Positions 27,082 to 40,049 of a stretch of DNA of 64,000 nucleotides are shown piece after piece. How positions within the stretch are numbered: the first letter of the stretch is position 1; every line of letters begins with the position of its first letter. The notes under the pieces are model-generated. The model ran no database searches and was not told the origin of the DNA. It was given only the letters and a program-made list of their open reading frames with translations. This DNA comes from the human T2T-CHM13v2.0 reference genome, Homo sapiens, in the NCBI RefSeq assembly GCF_009914755.1, contig NC_060947.1. The stretch is one strand, 5' to 3'. Position numbers and translations under genes: made by a program.

Positions 27082-27951
27082 AAGCACATTTTCAATATTC
27101 TGGCAATTTACAACTCTGCCTTAGCCTTTTCTTCCAACTTGTGTAGAGGTGGGAGATTAAGGTGATCTCACGTCTTTTCTGGGCATGACTATAGCTCTGA
27201 ACTTACTCACAGCCTACTAGATCCCCAGAAATATTTCAGAGCTTTGCAAGGCCTCCTATGACCATCTCATTTTATAGATTTTTCTTTTACATTTTTTGTC
27301 TATCTTCTTGTTTGTCCCATGTGGCTTCACCACCTAAGGCAGCTGCAAGGCTAAATAATTGAGACTGATAGTTTTTGCCATATTAGGGATAGAACTTTCC
27401 TCATTGAGCAAATTCTGAGTCAGGTGAAATAAAGAGAAATTCTTGAATGGGGTTTTTCAGCCAGCTACCAGAGAGATAAAATAGTAGTAGTTCTCTGGGG
27501 ATGGAGCTTTGTGACGAGCTCCAAACCAGTTTGTCCTCTTTATTGGCTCCTAGGCTATTGTTTTTTTCAAGGCTAATACAGACTTGGGGAAAGAGGGATG
27601 GAAATAGGGAAAGTTAAAATATAACAGTGTTTGTTATTTTTACTAAAAGTCAGCCATTTTTCTTGAATAAATGCTGTTCAGATTGTTGCTAGATTTTGTT
27701 TAATTTTCAGAGTTCTGAAAAAGTTGATTTTGATAATTTTCTGGATTTTTTTATTTCATGGAAACAAGAATTTCAGAGTTTCATACTCCACTATTCCAGA
27801 AGTACTTCTCATTTTAATATTTTTGTTTTCTTTATGATATAATATTTTGACAATTTTTGATTACTTTGTACTTAACTTTTTAAAAAAGCTATTAATGGTT
27901 TCAGTTTTTTAAATAATTACAATAGTGCTTCATATGCTTGAAGTACTTATT

Positions 27952-28310
27952 CTTTTTTATTATTATTTTATATTGATATAATAATTGTACGCATTTATTG
28001 GGTATAGTATGATATTTTGATACATGTGTACAAGGTGTAATGATCGTCAGCGTAATTAGCAAATTCATCACCACAAACATTTATTTCTTTATGTTAGGAG
28101 CATTCAAAATCTTTCTTCTAGCCATTTGAAAATATACAGTAAATTGTTAATTCTAGTCACCCTGCAGTGCTATAGAACACTGGAACTTATTCCTCCTATA
28201 TCACCGTATTTTTGTATCTATTAACAAACCTCTCCATATCCTCCCTCCCTCCTACCCTTCCCAACCTTTGGTAATCACTATTCTCCTCTCTACTTCTATG
28301 AGATCAATGT
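27952..28310 (-). mobile_element. L1MA (MA8/9-like) 3'UTR
   Basis: 'ataattgtacgcatttattgggta...tagaacactggaacttattcctcct...ctacttctatgagatca'. Confidence 0.88.
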
Positions 28311-28816
28311 CTTTATTTACTCGAAGTACTCTTAAAAGTTTAGGACTTAAGTATTTGAAGAAATTCACTTGCTTTTTGTTTTTATTCTACTCAATACTTT
28401 TTAATATAAAGATTTACAGTCCCCCAAATTCTCTTTTCAGAATCTTAATATAATTATTCATTTCGTCCTGAAAACTGTTTCTTTCCAAAATTAAACATTT
28501 GTTGTCATTTAATAAAAATAAACCAGAAGTAGAAGAGCTGGAAAATCCCTCCAAGTTCATCTGAACTGGAGAAAAATCAAGTCTAAATTACTAAATATTT
28601 TGAAAAGTACAGAGTTTTATTACAGTAAACTTTGACAAGTTGCCTTTATTTGGAAAAGAAATAACCTATTTTTCTATATTCTATTTTAGAGAATTAAAAT
28701 ACATTTAAAGCCTTATATTGGGTTGGTCAAGGTTTTTTTTTTTTAAAACCTTAGTAGTTTATTTTTGTATTCAAAGTATCTTCCAGCATGTCTGTTAAAT
28801 TTCTTATTTTTTTCAA

Positions 28817-29576
28817 TTTTTTTTTTTTTTTTTTAGATTCAGGGGGTACATTTGCAGGTTTGTTGCCTGGCTATATTGTGTGATGCTGAGATTTGGGATA
28901 CAAATGATCATGTCATCCAGGTACTGAGCATAGTACCCAACAGTTAGTTTTTCAACCCTCCCTACCCCCTTAGTAGGCTCTAGTGTTTATTGTTACCATC
29001 TTTATGTTCATGAGTACCCAATGTTTAACTTCCACTTATAAGCGAGAACATGTGGTACTTGGTTTTCTGTTCCTGCATTAATTGACTTAGGATGATGGCC
29101 TCTAGCTGCATCCATGTTGCTGCAAAGGACATGATTTCGTTATTGTATAAAAAACCATACAGCTGCATAGTATTCCATGGTGTATAGGTGCCACATATTC
29201 CTTATCCAGTCCACCATTGATGGGGCACCCAGGCTGATTCCATGTCTTTGCTATTGTGAATAGTGCTGTGAAGAACATGAGGGTGCATGTGTCTTTTTGG
29301 TAGAATGAATTGTTTTCTTTTGGGTATATACTCAGTAATGAGATTGCTGGGTCAAGTGGTAGTTCTGTTTTAAGATCTTTAAGAAATCTACAAACAGCTT
29401 TCCACAGTGGCTGAGCTAATTTACATTCCCACCAACAGTGTGTAAGTGTTCATTTTTCTTTGCAACCTTGCCAACATGTGTTCTTTCTTGACATTTTAAT
29501 AATAGCCATTCTGACTGGTGTGAGATGGTATCTCATTGTGGTTTTGACTTGTGTTCCTCTGGTGATTAGTGATGAT
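28817..29576 (-). mobile_element. L1PA15/16-like 3' end
   Basis: Poly(T) then 'agattcagggggtacatttgcaggtttgtt'; clearly homologous to 12213-12947. Confidence 0.93.
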
Positions 29577-29989
29577 AGCACATCCCTTTAGATCAATACC
29601 AATTCAATATAATTCAAATATCTATATTTACTGAATGTTATGATGTAATTGAGTTTCTTCACAATCTCCACAATCCTTTAGAAAATTTCTAAGCTTTAAC
29701 TACCTTCTATAGATTTCATGTACAACATGTAACATAATAAGGGATAGCAGATGAATGGACATAAAAAGCAATTGGGCCTTTTCCCCGATATTTCATGTGC
29801 AACTAATGAAGGAGAAATAGACTTTGATTTAAAATCTACTGGTGACTTTTATGTAATGTAGTGGGCTTGAGAAACTTTCAGTATTTATGGGTTCAAATAT
29901 CATTTTATAATTTTAATAATGCATTTATGTAAACATTAAGTTAATGTTTTCTGAAAAGTACAGCATGTATTTAATGCAATAACCACTTT

Positions 29990-30458
29990 CAAATTATTTA
30001 TTGAGGTGAAGTTTTCTTGTAATGAAATGTAGATCTTGAGTGAGTAATTCGTTAAGTTTTAATAAATGTATGCATATGTGTAACTCACATCCTGATTAAA
30101 AGATTACATTTCTATCACTCCACATCTTTACTTCATGCTCCTTCCAGCCATTTCCTAGGTACACACCAAAGGTAAACTACATTCTGATTTCTATTACCAT
30201 CAATTAATTTTAACTGCTCTAGAACTTCATATAAATGGAATTATACCGTAGGCAATTTTTGTGTGTATCTTCATTTATTAAATTTAATGTTTAAAAAATT
30301 CATCCCTCTTGTTAGGTATGTTGGTTTTTCATTTTTATTTCTTTATTGAGTTTTTTCACATAAATACACAGTAATTTTTTATTCATTCTTTTGGAATGGA
30401 GATTTTTTTGGATATGGCTTCAAATTTGGGACTATTATGAAGAACATTCAGGCTATGA
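29990..30458 (-). mobile_element. L1ME-type 3'UTR
   Basis: 'ttattgaggtgaa...attctgatttctattaccat...ctagaacttcatataaatggaattatac'. Confidence 0.8.
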
Positions 30459-30599
30459 TTTTTCAAAAGGGGCATGAAGTTTAAACAAAAAGCCTTCTTA
30501 TAATTCTGTAGAAAGTGGGTAATGTGTGAGTGTGTATATTATGCATTAATATGCTTACAAAAATGATATATATACACACATGCTAAATGTCTAATAATA

Positions 30600-30825
30600 A
30601 TAGTAATTATAATGACAAGTAACATTTGTTTATGTTCGCTTTGAGCTGGGCTCTTGCATAAGTACTGTACATGTTTCATTCCATTTACTCCTCACAACAA
30701 TTTGTAAAGTAGGTAAATTACCATATTATCTCTGACAAGTAGACTGTGCATTTTGGAGGATAAGTGATTTGCCTAAGATCATGCGCCTAGGGAGCGGCCA
30801 ACTGGGGATTTGAAATCTAGTTCTT
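30600..30825 (-). mobile_element. MIR (MIRb-like)
   Basis: 'catttactcctcacaacaa...taagtgatttgcctaagatca...ggggatttgaaatctag'. Confidence 0.8.
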
Positions 30826-31059
30826 ACACTGTCAGGCATTGTACTATGCCTGCTACTTCCTAATAGTTAACATTATTTGAGCTCCACTGTGTGCCAAATA
30901 TCTGCATGACACACACAAACACACACACCGATAATACAGTGTAGAAAGATAATCTATGTAAAGATTAGCAAGGGTGCAGTGGAAGAATACCCCACATAGA
31001 GGTCATTTCCTCTTCAGAGGATTAAGGCAAAGGCCACCAAAGTGACTTATTAGAGGCAG

Positions 31060-31270
31060 AAGCCAGTCAGAAGAGGTATAATGTTTGACCTACAAAGGGC
31101 TTAAAACTTATATTCTGTTTGTTGCCAACATTTAAAAATTAGGATATCACGTTAATATCTGGATTTCTGGCATCCTCCTACACATCATGATATCTGAAAA
31201 CCTTGCCCATTGCCATGGTCTGAAGCTGACCCTCAACTACTTCCCTTGGGCCTGCAGCCAGCCTTGATGG
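31060..31270. mobile_element. MER102-like hAT-Charlie fragment
   Basis: 'gttgccaacatttaaaaattagga...atctggatttctgg...gatatctgaaaacctt' resembles the MER102 core. Confidence 0.6.
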
Positions 31271-32325
31271 CTTATGCTTTCTGAAGAGAGGAATATGAGT
31301 TTATGAATATTAAATAATTTTTTGAGGAGTGGCTTTAAGCTTTACCTTAAAGAATTTCAATAGAGATTTCCAGGCTGTGTGAGGGAATAGTACAATGCAA
31401 GGAAAGAATGGCACTTGCTGGGTGAGCTGAAGGAATAGGAATTAGGTGGGAACTATCTCGATTGCCCAAAATCCAGCACAGTGGGGGGAACTAATCAGAA
31501 CATAAGATCTGACCTTAATATCTTAGGAAATTCTATGTTTTGAAAGCTTTTATAGAGGAATGACAAAATCAGAGCTTTAATTTTCTAACAGGCCAAATGC
31601 AGCCTAAACATTGCTTATTCCAGAAACTGTCATTTAAGTGTGGTTATTTGAATTGAACATATAGGCTGAAATGCAATAAACCGCCATTTTTGTAGGTTAA
31701 AAGGAATAAAGTATCAAGTACATGCAGTTTGGCATTACAAGTTTGCCTAGTAGCACTTTAAATGAGTCACTAATTTAATATATTATTTCTTTTATAAAGT
31801 TCATTTATACTTTCTGAACCAAGACAGTGGAGCTGGTACAAATATACACTGTAATGCCTCCCTATTTGTTGTTTCCTTTAAATCTTTAAAATGTGTTTTT
31901 ATATTTGTTTTTTGAGATGCTGAATTTCCATAATATTTATTAGAATATTATATGTATTGAGATGATATTTCCCTATGTTAGGGAGAAACCATTTGTGTTA
32001 TATAAACAAACAATAAAGTTGTCTAAAAATAGAAGATCCTTTTGGAAATGTTGATGCCTAAAAGACAAAATTATGTGGATGAACATACGTAAGCTTCAGT
32101 GAGCTTTTCTTGTACTAGGCATTTAGCTGTCTTGCAACTGTTAATCAGCACAGGCCTTAAAACAGCTGCTATCAGATTAATTAGAGGGAATCCAGGAAAT
32201 AATTCAACTGAATGTAGCATTCATGTAAGTGTGTTGAAGGCAATTAAGAGTAACTATAGTCATTACTGAGACTTCCAGGAAGTATGCCAAAGGGCTTGAA
32301 AGTTATAAAATGCCTTTTGCTTCCC

Positions 32326-32330
<5 letters not shown>

Positions 32331-32357
<27 letters not shown>

Positions 32358-32360
32358 GAC

Positions 32361-32401
<41 letters not shown>

Positions 32402-32402
32402 G
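32331..32402. repeat. Compound (TA)n(GA/GACA)n microsatellite
   Basis: Read directly from the sequence. Confidence 0.97.
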
Positions 32403-32731
32403 TCCATATATAAACACACACTAATAGCAATTAAAAATAAATAAAATTGAAAAGCTTGAATTACAGGGTGTTAACTCACTTCTCTCTTTGAAATTAAGGG
32501 GCCAAGGGAAAACAAGACCATTTGTCTAAATTCATTTAGAAAGAAAAGGATTTATTTAAAGATGCTGTGGCAGATAAAATTACGTTTCATTTTTGTAATC
32601 CTAGTTTTCATAGCCAATGAAAGGCTTAAAATAAAGGAAGTTGATATTTCACCAAGGTCACACGATCTACGAGAAGGAAACTTAAGAAAGTTTCCTAATG
32701 CGGGATTTAAATCCTTAAAAACTTGCTGTGG

Positions 32732-32810
32732 TCATCATCGGCATCATCATCGTCATCATCATCACCACCACCACCACCACCACTGCTGCCATTAATTATT
32801 ATTATTATCA
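32732..32810. repeat. Compound trinucleotide repeat (CAT)n(CAC)n..(TAT)n
   Basis: Read directly from the sequence. Confidence 0.95.
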
Positions 32811-33049
32811 TGACACAAAGGTTGATTACCTGGCATCTCATCTCATTTCTACTGTTCTTAGGTTTCTTGCCTGTCTTACTGAATGACAGTATGTTACTCA
32901 AAACTCAGCATGGCAAAAAATCTGGGTTTTTTAAAACCAATTTTGCCTGTGGTTGGCACCTTGAAAAAAAACGAGAGACCAAGAAAGAGGGAGCCGAGGA
33001 TGGGAGTGGAAGATAAAGATTTAAAAGAATAAGTATTGATATTCTTTTC

Positions 33050-33168
33050 TCTTTATTTTTAAGTGACAAAACTTATATATATTTATGGCATTAAATATCA
33101 TGTTTTGATATGCGTATACATTGTGGAATGGTTAAATCACACTAATATAGGCATTACCTCACATACTT
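33050..33168 (-). mobile_element. L1MA 3'-terminal fragment
   Basis: 'atatatttatgg...tatacattgtggaatggttaaatca...gcattacctcacatactta'. Confidence 0.8.
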
Positions 33169-34144
33169 AATATCATTGTTTTGCTATTTAATAGGTCTAA
33201 AAGCTGAAGTCAGAGAACTCATTTATTTATGAGAATTTTGGTGTGCAACTGCATTTTGCTATGTGTTACAGTCTTTTAACCTACTTCCAAATCTCTTCTT
33301 AAGGATGAGCTAGAAGGAGAGACTGGCTGACACTCCTCATTTTTGAAGCCTTGGCTTTTAAAAAAGGGGCCTTCAGTGTAGCAAAAGGCCTACTTATAAT
33401 TCTGTAAAAAGATGTTCATGTTTTTCAGGAACGTTTGTCTCTATTTAGAAAAAATAAAATGTAGTTTGGGAATAGCGGAAATGATTGATTAGAGTGTTAC
33501 ACATGAGACAAAAAGATAGATGGGCAATACCGTTCCTGTGTTTTCATGCCCTGTTCCTCATAAGCAACAGGGCAAGAGATGATAATTCCCAGGAGAAGCA
33601 GGAGAGGCTTCTGGATCATGAGGTGCTATTCTCTTACAGAGGTGCTACCACAGTTACTAGGTACTCATTCCACTTCTTTTTTTTTTTTTTTTTTTTTTTT
33701 TTGAGACTTATTTTGATTACCAGGCCTCTGGTTTACCAAGTGTCAAGCCCACCACGGTCCCATCTTTTCCTTATCTCCCTCTTCAATATTCCTGTCTACC
33801 ACCACCCTTCCCTCACCCACATAGCAATACCACATACCATCATTTTTCTCCAAGCCCCATCTCTTACCCCTTGCAAACTCTGCCATTGTTTTCATCCCAG
33901 TTCAAATTTCCTCCACACAATAAAATGTTCTCCCCATACTGTGACTTCCTTGACCTTACGTTTTCCTAGGTGTTATTATCTTCACCAAATCACTAAGTGT
34001 AGATTATGTATCTTTGAGTGTTCATGGATTCATGTGGTTAGCTCTACTTTAGCACGAGAAACAAATGCCCTGGAATCACTCTAGGAAGAACGTTAGTTGC
34101 TATGTGGAAATAAGGAGAAAGAAATATTTTAGGGATGGAAACTG

Positions 34145-34345
34145 TATCACAGAACTTCAGTTTTTGAAAAACTGGAAGGAGTCTTAGAATCCATCCCGTC
34201 TAAACCCCTCATTTGAGAGTTCTAGAATCTGAGAGCCAGAGGGCTTGCACATCTGGTAAGTAATGGAGTATATTCTTTTGACAGTAAGTACTAAAAATTA
34301 GGTCTTGTAATTCCCTGGCCAGTATACTTTCCACAACACTACACA
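34145..34345 (-). mobile_element. MIR3/MIRc-like element
   Basis: 'ctggaaggagtcttaga...tctaaacccctcattt...aggtcttgtaattccctggccagtatactttccac'. Confidence 0.65.
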
Positions 34346-36154
34346 GAATCTAAGCTTTGGCTTATATTATTTGAACAACTTGAACAAAAATGAGGTACCA
34401 GATTTTGACAGCTGGAAATAACCGGAAGTAAAAGGGGTTAGTATTCCCCAAACAAGAAATAGACGAAACAAAGATGCAGAAAAGAGAAATGAGTGTGGTC
34501 CTGTTAGGGAAGAACATATGGGTCAGTACACCATATAGTACCAAGGCTGGGTAAAAGGAGTCTTGGTGAAGGCAATAAAAGGAAATGTTTTTCTGCTAAA
34601 GAAATTAAAAGTAATATTAAAACAAACTCGGGTTTTTGTCTTCCTTTTTTTTGTTATCACCATGACCTGGCAATTGCAAACAATACCAGTGATAAACTAT
34701 TCCTCCTTGAAAAAAATACTTTATAATCTAAATTCTAAATAGTATCTGCTGTTATAATCAGTATTTAATAATATATGTATAAGCATTAAATTAACCCATA
34801 TTTATTATATGCTTGAATAAACATTGAATTCTACTTGGAAGTTTACTAGGGGAATTCCTAATTGTAATGGTGTCTCTGACACATGCACACTGAAATACGC
34901 ACATTAATTTTGAGAGTAAATTTATAAAAATTTCAAATGATTGGAGCTTGCTTCAGAAGGACTTCATGTCTCCAGCTCCTATGGCACTACATAATCCTGC
35001 ATTTAAACAGAAGCTTTGAAATAAACCATGTGAACACATTGATTATAAAGGTGAGGAAAAAGAACTTGAGTTAGAACTCAAATTAGAACTTCGTTCTATT
35101 GTGTTATTCTGTGCGAACACTTGGAATTTTTATATGTGCTTAAAGTTTAAAACGATGAAACAGTGCAAATGAGTTATAATGTTTTTGGTAAATGCAAATT
35201 TCAGGTTATAAATTTTCCAGAATTTTAGTAATATCTCTAACATTGAAATTTGACCTTCTTGATGCTAGAACCTATACCAAACTGTGGTGGACAGAATTTA
35301 CTGTATCCTAAGCAAAATATGCTTAGAAGTAAAATTAATATTACCTATGTTTTTTCTTATATTTATAATTTTATAAATCTGTTGATAATTAAAATTAATG
35401 AAATGTATTTCATGATTTAGATGGACTTTAAAATATGACTATAAAGCATCATTTGTTTAGTGAAACAAAATATAAGTAATTGGACACTATTTTGAAATGA
35501 TATTTTAAAATAATAATTACTTTTAATTATATGTGATACCAAATTTTTAAATAAAATGTCTATTGAACAGCTAGTGTTCAAGGCATTGAGCAAATGCATG
35601 TTGACAGTGAGAGCTACAAGCCACATCTAAACATCAAGGATTAATCCATCATGATGATGAAAAATAGATAGCAACTATTATCAGTACATATTTTTAAAAA
35701 ATTTATGACTATTTAAATGGGAAATAATTTGTTTAAGTTTTTACATTGCATATTTCAACAACTTGTCTTGATAAAGGAAACTCAGGATGTAAGCCTGACA
35801 CCCAAAGAGAGTTGGAGGGAATTCATTCATTAGGAAAATATAAGGAAGAAATCATGACATCAGTTACCTCTGTTAATAAAAAAAATCAGAAAAGAACAAG
35901 TAAGTAAAGTGGCATTTTAGAATATATAGTAGAGTTTAAAACTGTTAAATATTTGAGCATAAGTATTTTGCTTTGAGAGAGAAGAAAAAAATACTACACC
36001 AAGTAAGAAGTGCTAGTTGCGTCTCTTAGAGTGTACCAAAACGATATTGGACATTGGAGCCTCGTTATTTGTCACCTGAAGATGACTCATGGGAATAGAA
36101 TTCTAAAGCAATGGAAACAGGCACTTTATATAGGAGTAAATATCACAAAACACA

Positions 36155-36335
36155 TTTTTAAACTCATTATTTTGAAATATATACTTAAAGAATTTGCAAA
36201 AATACTAGAGTTCACCCATCTTCCTCTGATAGTGGCATTTCGTATAACCGTAGTACATGAACAAAATCAGAAAATTGACATTGGCACAATACTGTTACCT
36301 TAATATAGACCTTATTCAGATTTCACCAGCAAGCA
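36155..36335 (-). mobile_element. L1MC4/5-like 3'UTR fragment
   Basis: 'aaattgacattggcacaatac...agaccttattcagatttcaccag'. Confidence 0.7.
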
Positions 36336-36381
36336 CATTTTTTAACACTAAAACTTTAAAAGGATTTAAAATATATATCCT

Positions 36382-36578
36382 GTTTTTAAATCTTATTTTT
36401 TGTGAGTCCATAGTAGGTGCATATATTTATGGGTTATGTGAAATATTTTGATATAGGCATGCAATGCATAATAATTACATCAGGGTAAATGGGGTATCTA
36501 TCACCTCAAGCATTTATCCTTTGTATTACAAACAATGTAATTATACTATTTTAGTTATTTAAACATGTACAATTAATT
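36382..36578 (-). mobile_element. L1MA2/3-like 3'UTR fragment
   Basis: 'catagtaggtgcatatatttatggg...gggtaaatggggtatctatcacctcaagcatttatcc'. Confidence 0.85.
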
Positions 36579-39118
36579 TAATTGATTTAATTTTACATTT
36601 AAATATTTTTTGTGGATAAAAGTATTTAAACTAAATTTAACTTAATAATAAGTATATATTTCTATACTCATTTTCTGAATATGAGTTATAAGATGGTTGG
36701 ACTTTATCTCTTTATTCTATGTCTTAAAAGACTTAAGCTTCCGTGTCTAAGTTGTACTTCCCAATGGAGTCAGAATCACTGAGACTAGAACCCCTGGAAG
36801 CTAGAATGAGACAGATACAGTAGTAACTGGAGCTGTGGGGAAACCTTAGGTTATATCCTCCAAATCATCTTAACAGCAACAAGTATGGAACCTAATTTCC
36901 AATGGAAATATGTTTTATATGTGGTCTTGTAAAATAGTCCTGTTTATGAACAATTCTATTTCAGTACGACAATAGACATACTGAATATTAAACCTTAAAT
37001 TCCAGCAGAGAATTTCAGAGGAAAATATTTTTTTCAATATAATATGAAAAATAGTGTCAATGTTTGTCAAAATGTGACTCTTTGAATATTCTAATATACT
37101 AAGCTTGAAGGAAAACTATAAATCTTTTTGAAATGTCTTTTCCATTTTTTATTTTAGCAAAGTATGCAATACTTAATATTCCAGTAGTCTACCAGTAGAC
37201 AAATTTACACTTATTATGTTCACCACAAAGTCTTTTATGACTAGGAGATTCAGAACTTCTTATAAATCTTATACCATAATGCATAACTTAGAATAATTTA
37301 CATAAGAAAAATTCAACTCAAAGACTAAACAGATACCAAGAATAACATATTACATATCTAAAATTAGAAAGCACACAGACACATTTTAGAGATAATAGCA
37401 AAAGCTTTTTAGTGCACAAATAAAGTTAGTAGAAGAAAAACAAGGTAAAATGATACATATTTTTAACATTACAGAACATTACTAAGAATACATTGCCTAA
37501 AATTGATTTATAAACAGAGAAAAGTCTTATGCTCACAACCCCTCTATTTTAATATAAATTTAAAAAGAGAGAAATTGCAATGAAATTGATAATCATCATA
37601 TAAGCCATGATTTGCACCTTTGGTACACATCATAATTGCTTGGGGAGTGATTTTGGAATACACCAGAATAAAACCTGGTAAGTGGTAGTTTGAGATAAAT
37701 CAAATAAAACACATTTTTTTTTCTATAACAAACAAAAGGCCAAGTCTGGAATCATTGGTTTCTGTATGGTGTATTTTATCCAGGACTGGCTTATAGATTA
37801 TTTAAGAGTTAAAATTATGATTACATGGTCACATATATTTGACTTTAGACACTTTTAAATTTAGCTATATATTTTAAGTAGAGATTCTTATGAATATGGA
37901 AATAAAATAATGTACAATGGTATGATAATCTGATTTATCTAAATTCTGAGTTCTAGACATGCCAGTGAGCTACACTGGTAGTAGGACTCAAAAGTGCATT
38001 ATGTAGGGAAAAACATGATGAATTGATTTCTTAAATCTTTCTCAGCTAGTGGTCCCTTAGTGGCTTACCCTGGTTTGTCACCTCTCCCATGATATTTATC
38101 AATACTTATGAACATTTTAGAACCTTTCTAGCCATAATTTGGAACCTAAAATGTTTACCTATGCATGTACTTCAAGGATAAATATGTTATGATTATGTTA
38201 TTTGAAGGACCTGGCTAGAGTGGAGCCTACAGCTGAAGTAACCAGAGTTGGGAGGGTATGTTACGATATAAATTTCAAAAAAAAAATAGTTTTAAAATAT
38301 GGCTATGTAAAAATAACTTCTATTACTTGTATTTTATGAACGATTCAACCTGTATAAAAAATATAGTTCTGTGGAAAAAGTTTGATATTAGAGAGTTCTG
38401 TTCTTTAATCTCTGCCACATTTTCGCTAAACATCTTTTCTTTGACCTCGGCCAAATTCCTTAACTGTTGAATCTCCTGGGGTGCCTGTGAGAATTCAAAA
38501 TGCACCTCAAAACAGCCTAATACATGGCAGACATTCAGCAAATGTTCCATTCTCCTATCCCCTAATTATCACACAAGACAATTACTTTTAATCTGTACAT
38601 ATTGAGGAGCTTTGCATGTTGTGGACACTTTGTCAATATTCGTTGAAGGAATGAAATTGTGGATTAAATTTGCTGTATTATAAAACTGATATCTTTTACT
38701 TAATAAAAGCTTGGCAGTATGAATTGATAGAAAATGAGTAAGTCTATTTATTTGGTGGTAATGAAGATTACTGGGATAAGTTTCCAAAGCAAGTTATAAA
38801 ATATTGTTCCATTAAACTTTTAAAATGGGATTTGTTTTCCTGCTTTTTGCCTCATACAGAATAAGTATGGCTCTGTTTCAAGATTCTGGTGTGTTCATGA
38901 TGACCTCTCAAGATCAATTCTGAATCACAGGGAGAAAACGTTGAAATGATAAAGACATGGATACTAGAAATGCAAGCAAGTTATAGACCATTTTATTTAC
39001 CCATTTTTTTTTTTAGCTCAAGCAATTTCGTGTCTTATATTTATGGATAAAGTTGAAATAAAATTTCCCTTTTTTTCTGTTAAATATTAAGAGTCTGGGG
39101 ATTAGTTATGCAGCATCT

Positions 39119-39424
39119 ATTTATTTATTTCTGTCTTATAAAAATTATCTTAAAGGGCTTGGCTTAATTTCTATACCATAAAGAAAAAATGTGTAAGATA
39201 ATCCCTCGCTATCGGGATCATTTTCTTATATAATTAATGAGCTGAACGTAAAAGATAGGTGAATCTACAAATTTATTTATTTTCTGTCTTATAAAAATTG
39301 TCTTAAAGGGCTTGGCTTAATTTCTATACCATAAAGAAAAAATGTGTAAGATAATCCCTAGCTAGTCGGGATCATTTTCTCATATAATTAATGAGCTGAA
39401 CGTAAAAGATAGGTGAATCTACAA
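39119..39424 (+). repeat. Head-to-tail tandem duplication (152 + 154 bp)
   Basis: 39119-39270 vs 39271-39424: 3 substitutions and 2 single-base indels by manual alignment. Confidence 0.97.
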
Positions 39425-40049
39425 AGAAAATGCCCCAGGTACCATCCATTAAAGCATGTTGCTGCTATATGTGCAAGATGTCCAGGGTATGGCTTCCATA
39501 ATTATAAACAATTTACTATGTCTCAATTATTATTTCAATTGTTAATTCCCTTGTCTCTGGATTGATGCTTTAGTGCATCATTTATTGTGGATATTTTGGA
39601 TAAAATGAATCTTTGGATTTTGTAAAAACAATATTTCAAATTTGTATGCATCTTTGAAGTCTAAATAGCATGTTATACAAATTGAAAATTGACTGTAAGA
39701 GTTGCTACAGATTCAAATTTTATGTAGTTTATTTTTTATATCTTGATTTGTGAAGAAACAAAAACCTTAACTTTGCTTGGTGGCAAGAACAAGGGGATTA
39801 GAACATGAACACACAGGATATTCAGAGCAGTGCGTTTGTAAGGCATGCCTTATTTGAGTTTCAGGTGCTTGCTCATTAAGATGAAATTTTTGTCAGGCAG
39901 TGTGTATTGGGAGTTTGCTACTTGAAAATCAATAGTCTGCATTCTCTGCCTTATTGTTTCAATAGCCTCTTAACTGATCTCCCTGCTTTCGCTATTGAGC
40001 TCCCTGCTGCCTAGCTCTTTGAGCTCATCTCCTAACACTTCCCCTCTCT

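Noticed and set aside
32562-33016. His-rich and Ser/Pro-rich ORFs
   Set aside because: Produced by the (CAT)n(CAC)n microsatellite.
33485-34084. Longest ORF in the track (199 aa)
   Set aside because: Non-ATG start, reads through a poly(T) tract into pyrimidine-rich DNA, and has no recognisable domain.
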